From assembly GCA_964019335.1 (NCBI GenBank), contig OZ025736.1:124001-188000 (forward strand): a stretch of DNA of 64,000 nucleotides, given 5' to 3'. Source of the DNA: Diplonema japonicum. Lineage: Eukaryota > Protista > Euglenozoa: Diplonemea. This document shows positions 32,087 through 43,533 of the stretch, one piece after another. The stretch's first letter is position 1; each line of letters opens with the position of its first letter. Position numbers and translations under genes: made by a program. Under the pieces are notes generated by a model. It did not search any database and was not told the DNA's origin. It saw only the letters and a program-made list of their open reading frames with translations.

Positions 32087-33286
32087 TTACTGGCTGGTGA
32101 TAATCGACAAGGTACGCTCCCATGAAGAGCAAGCCTTCCCGGCGTAGTCCTTCGTGAGATCGACGAAGGTCTTAAGTACTATTTTAAGGTCGTAAGCCTT
32201 CTCGTGGTGGAATCGTGTGAGTTCTTCCGTGATGGAAGCAGACAGTTCTGTGACCAGCTGTGCGGCCTTAGTGTACTCGCGCTCAAGATGGTCTGCTTTG
32301 TCCGATGCCTTTTGCTTTGCCTCGCCTTCAGGGGCAGCATCACGTTTTACGTGGGCGTTGGCTGTTGCTTCCTTCAGCGCGTCTCGTGTCATCTGCAGTT
32401 TGATGAGTCGCCTGATGGCGTCCTTTACTGCGCCGCACATGCCCTTGTAGTATGTCAGGCTTTCTGCAACATGCACGCATTCGTTGTTTGACTGTTCTTC
32501 TAATAGCGGTTCTTGCTTCGTGTTTAGATCACCGAACGCCTTCATCACTCTCCCGGAGTCCTTGTTGCACTTCCCCTCCGTCTCCCCCACCGACATGAAC
32601 GACGACCCGAAGTCCGTGAACGACTTCCCGCTGCTCACCCTGCAGTGCATCACCTTGTTCAGCTTCGAGCGTATTTCATGCAGCAGCACTTCGAACCTCT
32701 CGAAATAATTAATGGTTTCCTCCCATTTCGTGTACTCCGGTGTCTCAGGGATGCTCCCCATGAGCACCTGCATCTTCATCGTAGCAGGCAGCGCCACAAT
32801 ATCATTGTGCTTCCTGTTTGGCTGCTTCATCCTCTTCTGGAACTCGTCATCCCCCAACTGCAAGAAGTCATGCAGCACATCAGAGTTCTGCAGCTTCGCG
32901 TGCGCCCCCACTCTTACCAAGAACTTCCTCAAGGCACGCATTCTGTAGGCCACAAGGTTTGAAGGGCCGCTGCCGCCAGTTACCTTTTCCAATGTCCCTG
33001 CCAAGTCCTTCTCCGGGATGGGTGGGATAATACACCCAGGGTACTCCAACACCAGCTGCTCTCTGAGCCACGCGAAGCTGTTGTACCTCTTCACTGTGAT
33101 GAGCTTCCTTTGCCTGAACGCAGGCAGCGACGTCTGTTTGTGCAAGTGTGGTCAGTGTGTTCCTGCTGTGCATACCTTCACATGCACATGGTATACCCAA
33201 TGGCTAAAAGCACCCGACCCCTTCTTTTCCGGGTCTGTCACAGAAAAGTCAAACACACACCCAGGGGGGAGCTCTACATCCGCCAT
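32087..33286 (-). CDS. Sorting nexin (PX + BAR; SNX1/2/Vps5-like)
   Basis: Motifs SVTDPEKKG, VKRYNSFAWLREQL, PGCIIPPIPEK and RMRALRKFL, then helical BAR ending EELTRFHHEK. Intron 33134-33175. Confidence 0.9.
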
Positions 33287-33369
33287 CTTCCCTTCTATCC
33301 TAGAGTTGGGTCGAGGTAAGCATTTGAATAAGTAAATAAACAAGTGTTGGTAATAACGACAGACGAGCT

Positions 33370-33807
33370 CTAGAGACCAAGATAGAGGGCGATGCACGCG
33401 ATAGCTCCAAACACGTGCAACCCTGAGTGGCACCAGGCAGCAGGCCCGTGTTTCAGGTTGAGGCCATTGACGATTGCTGCTACGTAGCAGCAAAGAGAGA
33501 CAAAGGCAGCCCCCATAGCATAGGATAGGTACGGCTCTCTGCAGACCTGCGCCTTGTGCAAGTGACATGCCGAAGCGGCATACACTGCAAGCAAGTCAAT
33601 GTTTCGCTTGTACCCCCTCACAGGGTGGCTCCAGTGAACGTAAGAAGTGATGGCAACCATCAGTGCAAACACACCACACACCCAGTGCCCAAGCAGCATG
33701 GCTGCCAGACCTGCAACCCCCGACAGATGACTGGACCTGAGTATTTTAACAGAGTGCTCAGTTGGGTACATGAGCTCATTTTTAGGGGGAACAAACAACC
33801 CACACAT
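33370..33807 (-). CDS. Small multi-pass membrane protein with CREST-like His/Asp motifs
   Basis: 145 aa with 4-5 hydrophobic segments and the motifs TSYVHWSHP, RNIDL and HSGLH (HxxxH). Confidence 0.7.
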   Translation of the reverse strand: MCGLFVPPKNELMYPTEHSVKILRSSHLSGVAGLAAMLLGHWVCGVFALMVAITSYVHWSHPVRGYKRNIDLLAVYAASACHLHKAQVCREPYLSYAMGAAFVSLCCYVAAIVNGLNLKHGPAAWCHSGLHVFGAIACIALYLGL

Positions 33808-33871
33808 CCTCCCTCCTGGGCACTAGCTTTGCAGTAGTGTAAATAGAATAGAAAACAGGCAAGTCTCACAG

Positions 33872-34891
33872 CTAGACACTAGACTCCGCGCGTGCTATGA
33901 CAGCAGCACGTGGGTAGAGATCGTACTCCTCAAGTGTGGCAGTGCGCAGCAGGCGCCGCGAAGGGAAGCTGCTGATGTAGAAGTCTGTCCCGTCGTAGCT
34001 GTCATGGCAGGTCACTATGTCGTAGACAAGCTGTGTGTGTGCTTTGTGCGTGCTTGTTCTGTTAAATACCTCGAGCTTATCGCTTTTCCTGAACCTTCTT
34101 TGGATGGATTCTCCTGAGAAAAGTGAGATCTTAAGCGTGATGACGCCAGGCTCGTCGGCAGGCGGCTCAGAGGGCATCGCCATGCGTAACCGAACCTTGA
34201 GGGCCTCTAGTTCCTCGAGCCCTCTCTGCTCGGCCTCTTCTATCTCCTGCAACTCCCGCTCTCGTTCAGCGGCTACACGGTCCGCTTGCTGTGCCGCTGC
34301 GAGCTCTTGCGCCTGCTGTTCCCTCAACCGAGCCCTGTCCTCACGCATCAGGATATCTGCTCTCTGTGTCTGCGTTGCACTGTTGCACGTGTCCAGCGCC
34401 TCAGACAGTCTCCTGTACAGCTGCGCAGCACTGACTGCTCCTTCCACCTTCAACACCATCACCATGTCCTCGTTAGACCCCACATATAAAACAACAAACA
34501 GAGGATATGCCGATGCCTCTGCCTTTGACGAAAATATATATCCATCCTGACTCTCCACAGAAGCGGTCCAGAATGTGAAGTTCTGCCTCAGGATGCCCGC
34601 CACACTCTGGTTGGCAAGGGTATTCCTCACAAAATTATCTGACTCTTGGTGTTCTGGTGAGTGGATGTAAACAGCAAGCGGCCGCCTTTCCTTCCTTGCC
34701 TCCTCCGCAGCCCCTTTGAGCGTGCCCTCGAAGACCATCAGATCGTCTTCGCCCACTTCACATCCCTCAAGCACTCTCCCACCCCTCGGTCTCCTCCCTA
34801 TTATGTTCTCATGTATGACTGATAGAAAATTCTTCAGCATTGTCCAGACGTACAGCACGCCTGTGATTTTCCATATGCCTTGGCCTGCCAT
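33872..34891 (-). CDS. UAS + UBX domain protein (FAF2/Ubx2-3-like p97 adaptor)
   Basis: UAS domain (VYIHSPEHQESDNFVRNTL), coiled coil (LREQQ) and UBX domain (SIQRRF...SFPSRRL...TLEEYDL). Probable in-frame intron 34031-34069. Confidence 0.9.
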   Translation of the reverse strand: MAGQGIWKITGVLYVWTMLKNFLSVIHENIIGRRPRGGRVLEGCEVGEDDLMVFEGTLKGAAEEARKERRPLAVYIHSPEHQESDNFVRNTLANQSVAGILRQNFTFWTASVESQDGYIFSSKAEASAYPLFVVLYVGSNEDMVMVLKVEGAVSAAQLYRRLSEALDTCNSATQTQRADILMREDRARLREQQAQELAAAQQADRVAAERERELQEIEEAEQRGLEELEALKVRLRMAMPSEPPADEPGVITLKISLFSGESIQRRFRKSDKLEVFNRTSTHKAHTQLVYDIVTCHDSYDGTDFYISSFPSRRLLRTATLEEYDLYPRAAVIARAESSV

Positions 34892-35140
34892 TTGCCCCAG
34901 CCTGTGTGTATTCGATTGATTATGCTGCTAAATACTTACGGAACAGTAGTAGGGGTCTCAATAGCAGGAAGGTGGTGCTAATGGGTCTCAATGACACAAA
35001 GGTGCATCTAGCAGCATTCAGAAAGCAGGCTACACGAAACACCCAGCGGGCTGATGAACATGATCCCCACACGAGAACATGTGCACGTATTCTATTCTAG
35101 AATTCTGAAGACACACTAGGAAAGACATGGGCGGGGGCTT

Positions 35141-37405
35141 CTAATCGTTTTTCTTTTCAGCGGCAGATTTCTCTGCAGGCTCATCATCAGTTAGAAGGTT
35201 CGTGACATATGGCCAGCCTGCGAGGAGGACGACCTTGAGGGCCGGGGGACCATTCTCCATTCCCTCGATCCAGGCCTCCCTCACCTTCTTCCTCGCGAAG
35301 AGGTACAGCAAGGCAGCGATAGTGATGATGATGACAGGGTTGCTGACCACCCACATAGCCTCGTCGAAACCGAGCAAGGCAAAGGTCAAATACACCCATG
35401 CGGGGAGCTGCAGCTGGGACTTCAAGCCGAGCCTGGCTTCCATGATCTTCCCCTTAACCTCACCGCAGAACCTCACGAAGAAGTCACGCAGTTTCTCTTT
35501 TGGCAACAAGTACAGGTCCTCGTCTGCCACGATACCCTCGATCGCTACAGTGCCGTCGTCTCTCTTACCAAACTCAGGGTACACAATCTTAACGGCTTCC
35601 ATAGGGTCCTCGTACCTCCACACTAGCAGTGCGTCCATGACCTTCATGGCCTCGGAGTATGCATCAGGGCAGTTCTTTTCGAGGTCGTCCTCTTTCACAT
35701 TCAGTGCAAGACCATCTTTGTTGTGCAGCAAGGCAAACAAGAACCTGCTCGCCATCAGATCGCTCATCGAGGCTGCTTTCGATGCCTGTGGATTGTATTG
35801 TGTTTTGCGGGTTTGCGTTGTGTTCTTCATACCAGGGTGTCTCGCAGAGAGTTCTTTAGCACCTCAACCATCTTCACCTTGCAGAGCCTTGAGCCCTCTG
35901 CATTTACTACGCCTTCTGCCTCCAGCTTAGCAAGCTCAGGCATCACCACCGTTTCAGAGATGTTGTCGACCTATCGTGTGGTGTTTTGCTTCACGAGCAT
36001 ACCGTGGCTCTGAGAGTGCCCCACAGCGGCACAGTGTCGAAGTTCTGCGATTCCTTCAACTTGTTGGTCATCCTGCAGTGTGGTGAGGTGCGTGTGGCAC
36101 ATACTCTGCCAGCGCTGTCTTCGCGTTCTTTTCCAAGTCCTTGCAGACTCTTTCGTACACAACTTCCAAAGCGGTATGGACGACCTCTGCCAGATTCTCC
36201 TTCAGAGAGGCCTCCTGCGTGTCGAGGATGTCTTGGTATCTGCTGAACTGGCTGGTGTTCTTCTTAAAGGTCTCCAGCGATTCTGCGATGATGTCATCCA
36301 GCATCTGGTGTAGCCCCACTACTTTCTCGCCCGACTGGAGCTTTGCCTTCAGCTCCACTACCTGCTCTGCAACCTTGTCGCTGAGAACTCTTGCCGCCTC
36401 GCCAGACCTGTGCCTTGCTACCAGCTCCTTCTCCCCAGGGATATTGATATCTTTATTTTGCTTGATGGCACCCCAACAGCTGCTAGCGTAGCCGTCGAGC
36501 TCTTCAATCTGCACGCCGCTCTTTCGTGTCGTGTCTCCAGTCTTGAACACGTAGTCCGCATCGTTGGAGTCGAGGAATTGCTTCCTCAGCGCCCCGCTCG
36601 CCCCCTCGAAGTCATCCGTCTTGAAGTGCGGCAGCACCGCCACAGTGAAGTCGAACCTGTTGTTTCGTTTGCTTTGTTTCACCTGCTATACCATTCTGTG
36701 AGGTCGTCTTCTGCGTATTTCTCAGGCTTCGAGATCCTACCCCACACCCCGTCCATCGTGCTGTACAACTGCGGTGAGTGGTGCGTCTTTTCGTGGCATG
36801 CACACCTTCTGCTCCAGCTTTTTGACAGGAGTCTCCCCATCATAATCCCTAATTACGAACATCAGCATCTTCTTCGACTCACGTGCTGAGGTGGATTCCG
36901 CCAACTGTAATGTGGTGTCTTGTCACTGTGCTGAGCATACCTGGAGCTGGATATCGAAGTTAATCTGGATGACGTTCTCCAGGAGGGGGATGCTCATGGC
37001 ATTCCTTCTGCCGATCTCGTTCTGGAACAAGTTGATGATGAGGACGTCGGAAAGAGCGAGGGCGAACTGGCTGAGCTTCTTCTCGAAGGACACGTCCTCA
37101 CCTCGCTCAGCGGAGTCAGTGCCCTCAAAGTCGAGCACCACGACACGGTCAGTGTCTGCTGCGCTGGACATCCAGACACCCTGCGTGGTCTGCCCACGGT
37201 CGGAAGAGGCATCCATCTCCTGGAACGATGTCTTGAACAACTTGTTCAGGAGCGTGCTCTTCCCAGAAGACTGCCCGCCAAAGACAGCCACCACCGAGTA
37301 GTCCTCGCCCTTCTCGACAAGACCATTCTTGCTGATGAATTCGCCGAAACCTTTGTACTCCAGGTCACCATCCACAAGGTGGTGCACAGGCTTCGTATCA
37401 GACAT
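35141..37405 (-). CDS. SEY1: SEY1/RHD3 ER-fusion GTPase, 7 exons
   Basis: Motifs GGQSSGKSTLLN, GQTTQG, LDFEGTDSAERG and FVIRD, plus the C-terminal hairpin PAWVYLTFALLGFDE. Introns at 36905-36940, 36769-36805, 36657-36691, 36073-36104, 35971-36002 and 35786-35832. Confidence 0.93.
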
Positions 37406-37479
37406 CTTTTCTGGGTACCTGTTGGCCTAAATACAGTCCCCTCTGTTGAGGATAAATAAATGATGTGATAACAGCTCTA

Positions 37480-39106
37480 CTAGCTTCCTTTTTCAAGCTC
37501 ACGTATCCGCTGCTGCTGCACGCTGACGATGTTGTACAGCCTGGCTATGATGTCGACAGAGTTGTTTTGCGAAGAGTACGAAGGCCTGTTGCCTTGCTGT
37601 GTAGAGGGTGGCGGTGTAGGGGTAGGGGAAGGGGTTGGGGTGGGAATTGGGGTGAGGGACTTCTCGGCTTGCGACTGCGTCTGGGACGCATCTTGCTTGC
37701 CTCGCTTTCGCTTTCTACCCTTCCGGTCACCCTTGTCTTGCTGCTTATCATCTGTGGGCCCATGGTACACCAGTGTCGTGTAGTCATCTTCAGCTTCGCC
37801 CGTCGATGCATTCTTCTTGAGATACGAAAAGGGCTGCGTTAGTTGCGACTCTCTGTTTTTGTCTTCGCGTTCCATTGTGATTGTGTGCATACTTTTCGCT
37901 CGGCATCTTCACAGGCACCATCACCAACTGCACGCTTGAGATGCTGGACTTGTGCAGATTAAAGGACTTCAACAGCAGCCGTGACGACACCTGCCAGATG
38001 TTCACATTCCCATCGACACCACCCGAGATGAGGGACAGCCCGTCCGTGCTGATTGCTAATGCCGTCACACCACCACTGTTTTTTTTTTTCTTTTTTCTTT
38101 TTTTTGAATCCCTAACTTCCCCCTACATACACATGCCCTTCGAAGGCTGCCGTCTGATACTTCCCCATGATGGCATCTTTACTCGGTGCACCGTTTTCTG
38201 GTTGGTGTATTGTTTTTTTTTTTTTTAAAGTAAGTGAGTATACCACTGTCGTGTCCCAGCAGAGCATTCAGCAACTTTGCTTGGGGAACGTTTTGGCCCT
38301 TCGCGCTTGTTTCACGGGCCCGCTCGGGGTACAGGTCCGCCTGTGTTGTATGTACAAAGGTTTAAAAATCTTTTTTTTAAAATTGCTACCTGGTAGATCT
38401 TCCCGTCGGCACAGCCTGCGAAGACTAGCGCAGACAAGGGTGTCGTGGTGACGCACTTGGGGAGGGAGGGAAGAACACAACAGTAGATATCACTGTTGGT
38501 GAGGTGGTCATGTATGCGGAGAGTGCGGTCCTTCGCAACGGAGACGACCCAGCCGTGAGTGGAAGGTAGATGGATGTCGGTGACCCCCAGTGTGTGCAGT
38601 GTGTTCGTGTTGGATGCGCGCAGATCAGAAACGGAAGGCTGCGTCACGTCGAGTATGTACGCCAGGTCCCACGCCTTGATGGAGGCGTCCTCTGATGCGG
38701 AGAGGAGGTAACTACCGTCTGCACTGAACGCCACCTTCGACACCGTCTTGTAATGTCCATCCCAGATCCTCAGAAGGGCTCCCGTACTGATTGCCCATAA
38801 ATAAAGTTTTCCAGAGATTCCGCCTCCTGCGAGATGCAACCCAGTTTTGCTCATCGCTAGCGTGCTCATCTTCTCAGGCAAGTTGCACCTGTGTCTCGGC
38901 TGCTCCTTCGTGGCGTAGTGCATTGTGGCCACACTCTTCTCGGCGTGCCCGGATATCACCACATGTTGCTTTTCTGCGTACGTCAGCGACTTCCCTCCGC
39001 ATCGCATCTGGTTGAAGGTGTGCAGCGGCAACCCGTTCTTCACATCCCATATGTACCCTGCTTCATTCTCGGTGCTGCAACTTAGGCATGCTTCTATGTG
39101 CGTCAT
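37480..39106 (-). CDS. WDR18: WD40 protein WDR18/IPI3 (Rix1 complex)
   Basis: Motifs LPEKM, LAGGGISGKLYLW..STGALLRIWDGHYK, HTLGVTD and FEGHVGGVTALAISTDGLSLISG, then a C-terminal coiled coil. Introns at 38341-38389, 38198-38243, 38076-38130 and 37853-37892. Confidence 0.88.
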
Positions 39107-39906
39107 CCCTATGGGTTGTGAAGGTGAGGAAAGAAACAAATTGAAAAGACACAGGGAGAATGAAGTAAGGTATCCACCAGGCGTTGCTTCGCCGGTTCGT
39201 CTGTGACTGGCCAAAGGAGTCGAAAGGAGGGAAGAAAAAAAAAGGAGGCGAAGGGGGAAAAAAAAGGGGGGGGGGAGAAGGGAAAAAAAAAAAACTACAC
39301 ATAAGCACACGATCACACCTGGGAGAGAACCTCAAAAAAAAAGGAAATCAAACCTCCTACAATAATTTCTTTTAGATTTTACTAACTACTCCCATCCATT
39401 TTCCCGTGTCATTTTTCTCTTTTTTTTTTTATAAACATTTTCTGACCCCCTTTTCCCCTCAGTCCAATTCTGGAGATGAAGGCGAAAGGGGGTCTTTTGT
39501 TTTTGTTTTTGTTTTTTTTTTTCTTTTTTCTTTCCTTTATCCTTGTTCCAGGCCTTCGCCGTATGTTTCTCCCGTTCGTTTGAATCTCCCCCTCTTCTTC
39601 TTCTTCTTATTTTTTTTCTCGCATTTCAATCAATATATCGGACCGGAGGTGTTTCGTAGAAAAGAGAACCGGAGAATGAAAAAGAAAATATCAAATCCTC
39701 ATATCCCCCATTGTCCTCGCTTTTTTTTTCCCCCATAGGTGAAAAAGGTGTAATAACAGAATGTCTTTTTTTTTCTTAGTTTATACCCAAAGGCCCTCCC
39801 CCCCTTATAAAAGGGGGGAGGCGGTGATGCTAGATGAAGGAAGTCAGATTTAAAAAGAAAAAAAAAAGGGTGGAGGGGGAGAGAGAATGGGGATTTTATA
39901 ATATTC

Positions 39907-42900
39907 TCAACTCGTGCGGCGGAGGATGGAAACCACAGAGAGCTTGAGAAGGGCAGTTGCGGGGCCGTAAGAGGAGATGATAGCGAAGAGGAAGGCAAGG
40001 AGTACGACGAAGAGAAAGAGTTGGAAAGGGAACTGGAATGCAATGGGAAGCTGGAGGAACAGCTGCCGCTGTATGACCATAGTGTAGGCTACAAGCGTCC
40101 CTACGAAAAAGCCCATGATAGAGGCAGCAGTAACTAAAACAAAGGCTTCATAAATGTAAAGCTGCTTTGTGGTGAAGGTGCTGACACCCAGCGAACGCAG
40201 GATCCCGATCTCCTTGGACTGCTCGTAGATGTTAGTGTACATGGACGCCATGAGGGAGAAGAAGCACATGGTCATCGCAATCATCGTGATGACCATGAAG
40301 AACAAAGTCAGGATGTTCCCAGCCGTTCTTGCGGAAGCAGTCTCTGTCAGCAAATTCTTCGACGACACAGCCTCCGACGGCAGGTCAGGCAACATCGCCT
40401 TGCTGATCGCCACGTCAATGGCCTCCACGTCGTTCTCCGACCACCCATCCCTCAGCTTCACCACCAACCGCCAGTACTCAATCTCATCCACCGATTTCAC
40501 CTTCCCAGAGCTCAATGCCAGGTATGTAGGGATCGACACTGCCACGTCTTGCACCAACCGTGCAGGGAACTGCGACATTCCTAGAACCGGTGCTGAGTCC
40601 AATGCTGCACTTGCTCTTGCAGGCGTTAGTATCTCCACGTCATCGCCCTGGTCCTCGACTGTCATTCTGAACAAGAAGCCTTCCTTCTCCAGCTCTAACC
40701 TGTCGTGGGATACTTGATTCCAGTACAGGGATCCTATCACAGCTCTGTCGGTGGACCATCTCGTGTACAGTTGATTGCTGAGTGAAGAGACGTGGCTCCC
40801 GTTTGATTCGTGGACGTTCATGAAGCTGTTGTCTGTCACTGTGCCCCACAAGTTTGGAGACACTGCCTTCGTCCGCACAGGGAACTCCTTGTACCTCCCT
40901 ACGGATGTCAAATCCTCGTCGTCGATTCCTGAGTAGTCCTCTAGTCTGGTGCCGACGTACCCCCAGTCTTCCACTGTGCTTGTGTTGGACAGAACTGATT
41001 CAACCCTTTCAGCCGTCCGCCAGTTTAGTGGCAGCCTTCCTCCCTCGATTGTCATCGACCCTCCAAGTCTTTGCATCTGCTGGTACTTCACTGTTTCGAT
41101 CTGCAGCGACCACGACACATTGATCCAGATGATGAACCCCAAGCTCGCTGCGTACATGAGCGTCGTCTTCCTGTTGCGCTGTCTGTGCGAGACAAGGTTC
41201 TTCAAGATGAGCTGCCGCACCGCGTAGTTGTGCCAGAAGAAGAACACAGTCGTCAGTGTCTTCTCCAAAATATGCTCGAAATTCAGCGACAATAGGATCA
41301 GCCCGAAGAGCATTCCCAGCAGAATCCCGAAGAAGATGTAAAACAACAGTTGTATGTTGAAGGTGAGAAGTGCCAAAGGGAAGGCGTAGTAAATGAGGAA
41401 GCCGAACAAGGTGAGGGCTATTCCCAGTACAATGACGGGGATCGACACGGTCGAGCCCTCCGAGCGCTCAAATGTGAAAGTAACCGCTTTGACCTTCGAG
41501 TGGTTGGTGTCGAGAGAGTCTTGCAGGTTGAGCCCCAGCGCGTGTCTGATAGGAGCGATAGAAGCAATGAGGGGCATGACAAGCCCCACCAAGGTCGCCA
41601 TCCCTACAGCAAAAGCGTCGAGATTCACGGGAAGACTTACAAGCAGCAAGCTTGTCATTAAGCTACGCAGCACCAGCCAAATAGCAAAGGCTATAGACAG
41701 ACCTAGAGCCCATGCAGGTAAGGCGTACAGGAAAGCCTGTGTCAGCACAAGTTGTACAAGATCACTTCTCTGCATCCCCACCATCCGCAGCACACCCAAC
41801 TCAAAGGTGCGCGTCTCCACATTAATCATGAGGAGTGAGTAGATTAAAACAATCGCTAGAGCGATAAGTACCACAATCACAAGCGAGATGATGAGCCCCA
41901 AGAAAAGAGTGAAAAACCTCACTGTTCTCATGAACTCCAGCACCCCAGCCTCTGCGGTCACCTGTTGTCGGTGTTATACTTTTGTTGTCTTGCCAAACCT
42001 GATTGAAGCCGATCTGAAACAACACGTCCGCTGACCATGCGACAACGGAGTCCTGGATGGTATCGTAGTTGCTCTCCAGGTACGTTGCCCTTCTGGTATC
42101 GGGTGCCATGTTGATGCTGATCTTCGATGAGAATCTTGTGAGATCCGCCTGTTCGTGTGAAGCGTGTCTTGGCACAGTGCATACTTGAGCGAAGGCGGTC
42201 CTTTTATCATCGGGGAAGTCAGGGTGCAAGTAGCTCGACACGTGCTGTAAAAACCCCTGCTGTTCCATGAAGATGAACCTGTCGGCGTTATTGGCTAGTT
42301 TCCCCTTCACGTCGCTGATAAGGTCGAAGATGGTGACTGGCACGATTGCTGTTTTGTACTCAGCATAAGGCCACTGTGCATTTGTTGCTGTGTTGCGTTG
42401 GCATACCTCGTCGTTCGACATGCCTAGCTCGTTGTACAGACCGACCAGCTGCGGCGCCAGGTTCATCACCAGAAGGATTGTGTCTCCTTTGTTCAGCCCC
42501 AGAAGTCTTGCCAGACCACTCTCAACAAGCGCATTGCCAGGGGGCAGTGTCCCATACCCCCAGTCCCTCCCGAACCCCATGCGGTCCTCCCTCGCCGTGT
42601 CGATCACGTGCAGCTCAGTGTCCTCAATGCCGTTGCAGTACTGAGCCACGCATTCGGACAAGAAGTTGCTGCAGTTCAAATTTGAGTTGACTGGCGGTGT
42701 GTATGCCCAGTTCAAGGGCTGTGTCTCAGTTGTGATATTCGTGCACTGCGCGGGTGCTGCTGCATAGATGGCGCGTGTGAAAAGCTCAAAGCGTGGCGAG
42801 TGGTAAGAGTACTCGTCGCCAAGCTGAGCAAGGGAGTTGCTGAAGATACGGTAATCGAGGGTTCGTGAGTTGGTCATCTCCGATCCTGGTGTCACGAAAA

Positions 42901-43321
42901 GATCGCGCTCACCGTTTTCGACTTCGGCAAGCCTCAGAAATACAATAGGCATGTTGGCCAGCGTGGTGATGAGAAGGGCTACAGTGAAGACAACAAGGAA
43001 GCATGAGCATGTCCCTAGACAATAGGAGACTTTTCGCTTCCGCATTTCACGCCACGTGAAATCCACGAAGACACCGTACTAGTGTGTGTTGTGCAATGCC
43101 CTATCCCGCACACCTTATACTTCAGAGCTAGGAAGCTCTGCTTTGCATCAAACTCTGATACAGCACGCTTGAACCTTTCCATCTTTGGGACATCTTCTGT
43201 CTCTTCATCTGAGTCACCTGTCATTGTTGTGGTGTATTGTGCGCAACAATAACATACCTGCTTGCGCGATCTGTTCCTTCAGCGACAACAGTCTACCGGC
43301 TCCTGGTCCCTGCGAGGACAT
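39907..43321 (-). CDS. FtsX/MacB-type ABC permease with two FtsX domains
   Basis: Motifs VETRTFELGVLRMVG, NLVSHRQRNRKT and NIYEQSKEIGILRSLG. Introns at 43218-43257, 43079-43113, 42149-42184 (in-frame) and 41962-41998; the likely ATG is at 43321. Confidence 0.88.
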
Positions 43322-43533
43322 TTCTGTTCCTATATCCAGTTTTAAACACCAAAGTCCCGTCAAAAAAGACAGGCCCACCTGTATAGCGCTACACGACGAA
43401 TATAAATAAAAACTAACATCAACACTAATAGATATGACACTTATGATAACTAAGATGCGTGTTAAGACCAACAAAGCAGAGCGAAACCCCATCTTTGTTC
43501 ATAACAGATGCTACTTCCCTCGGCTCGGCGTGA

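Noticed and set aside
38076-38243. One non-canonical intron bounded by ACAGTGGT direct repeats in WDR18
   Set aside because: Two canonical introns flanking a 67-nt exon (38131-38197) restore FEGHVGGVTAL, so no non-canonical splicing is needed.
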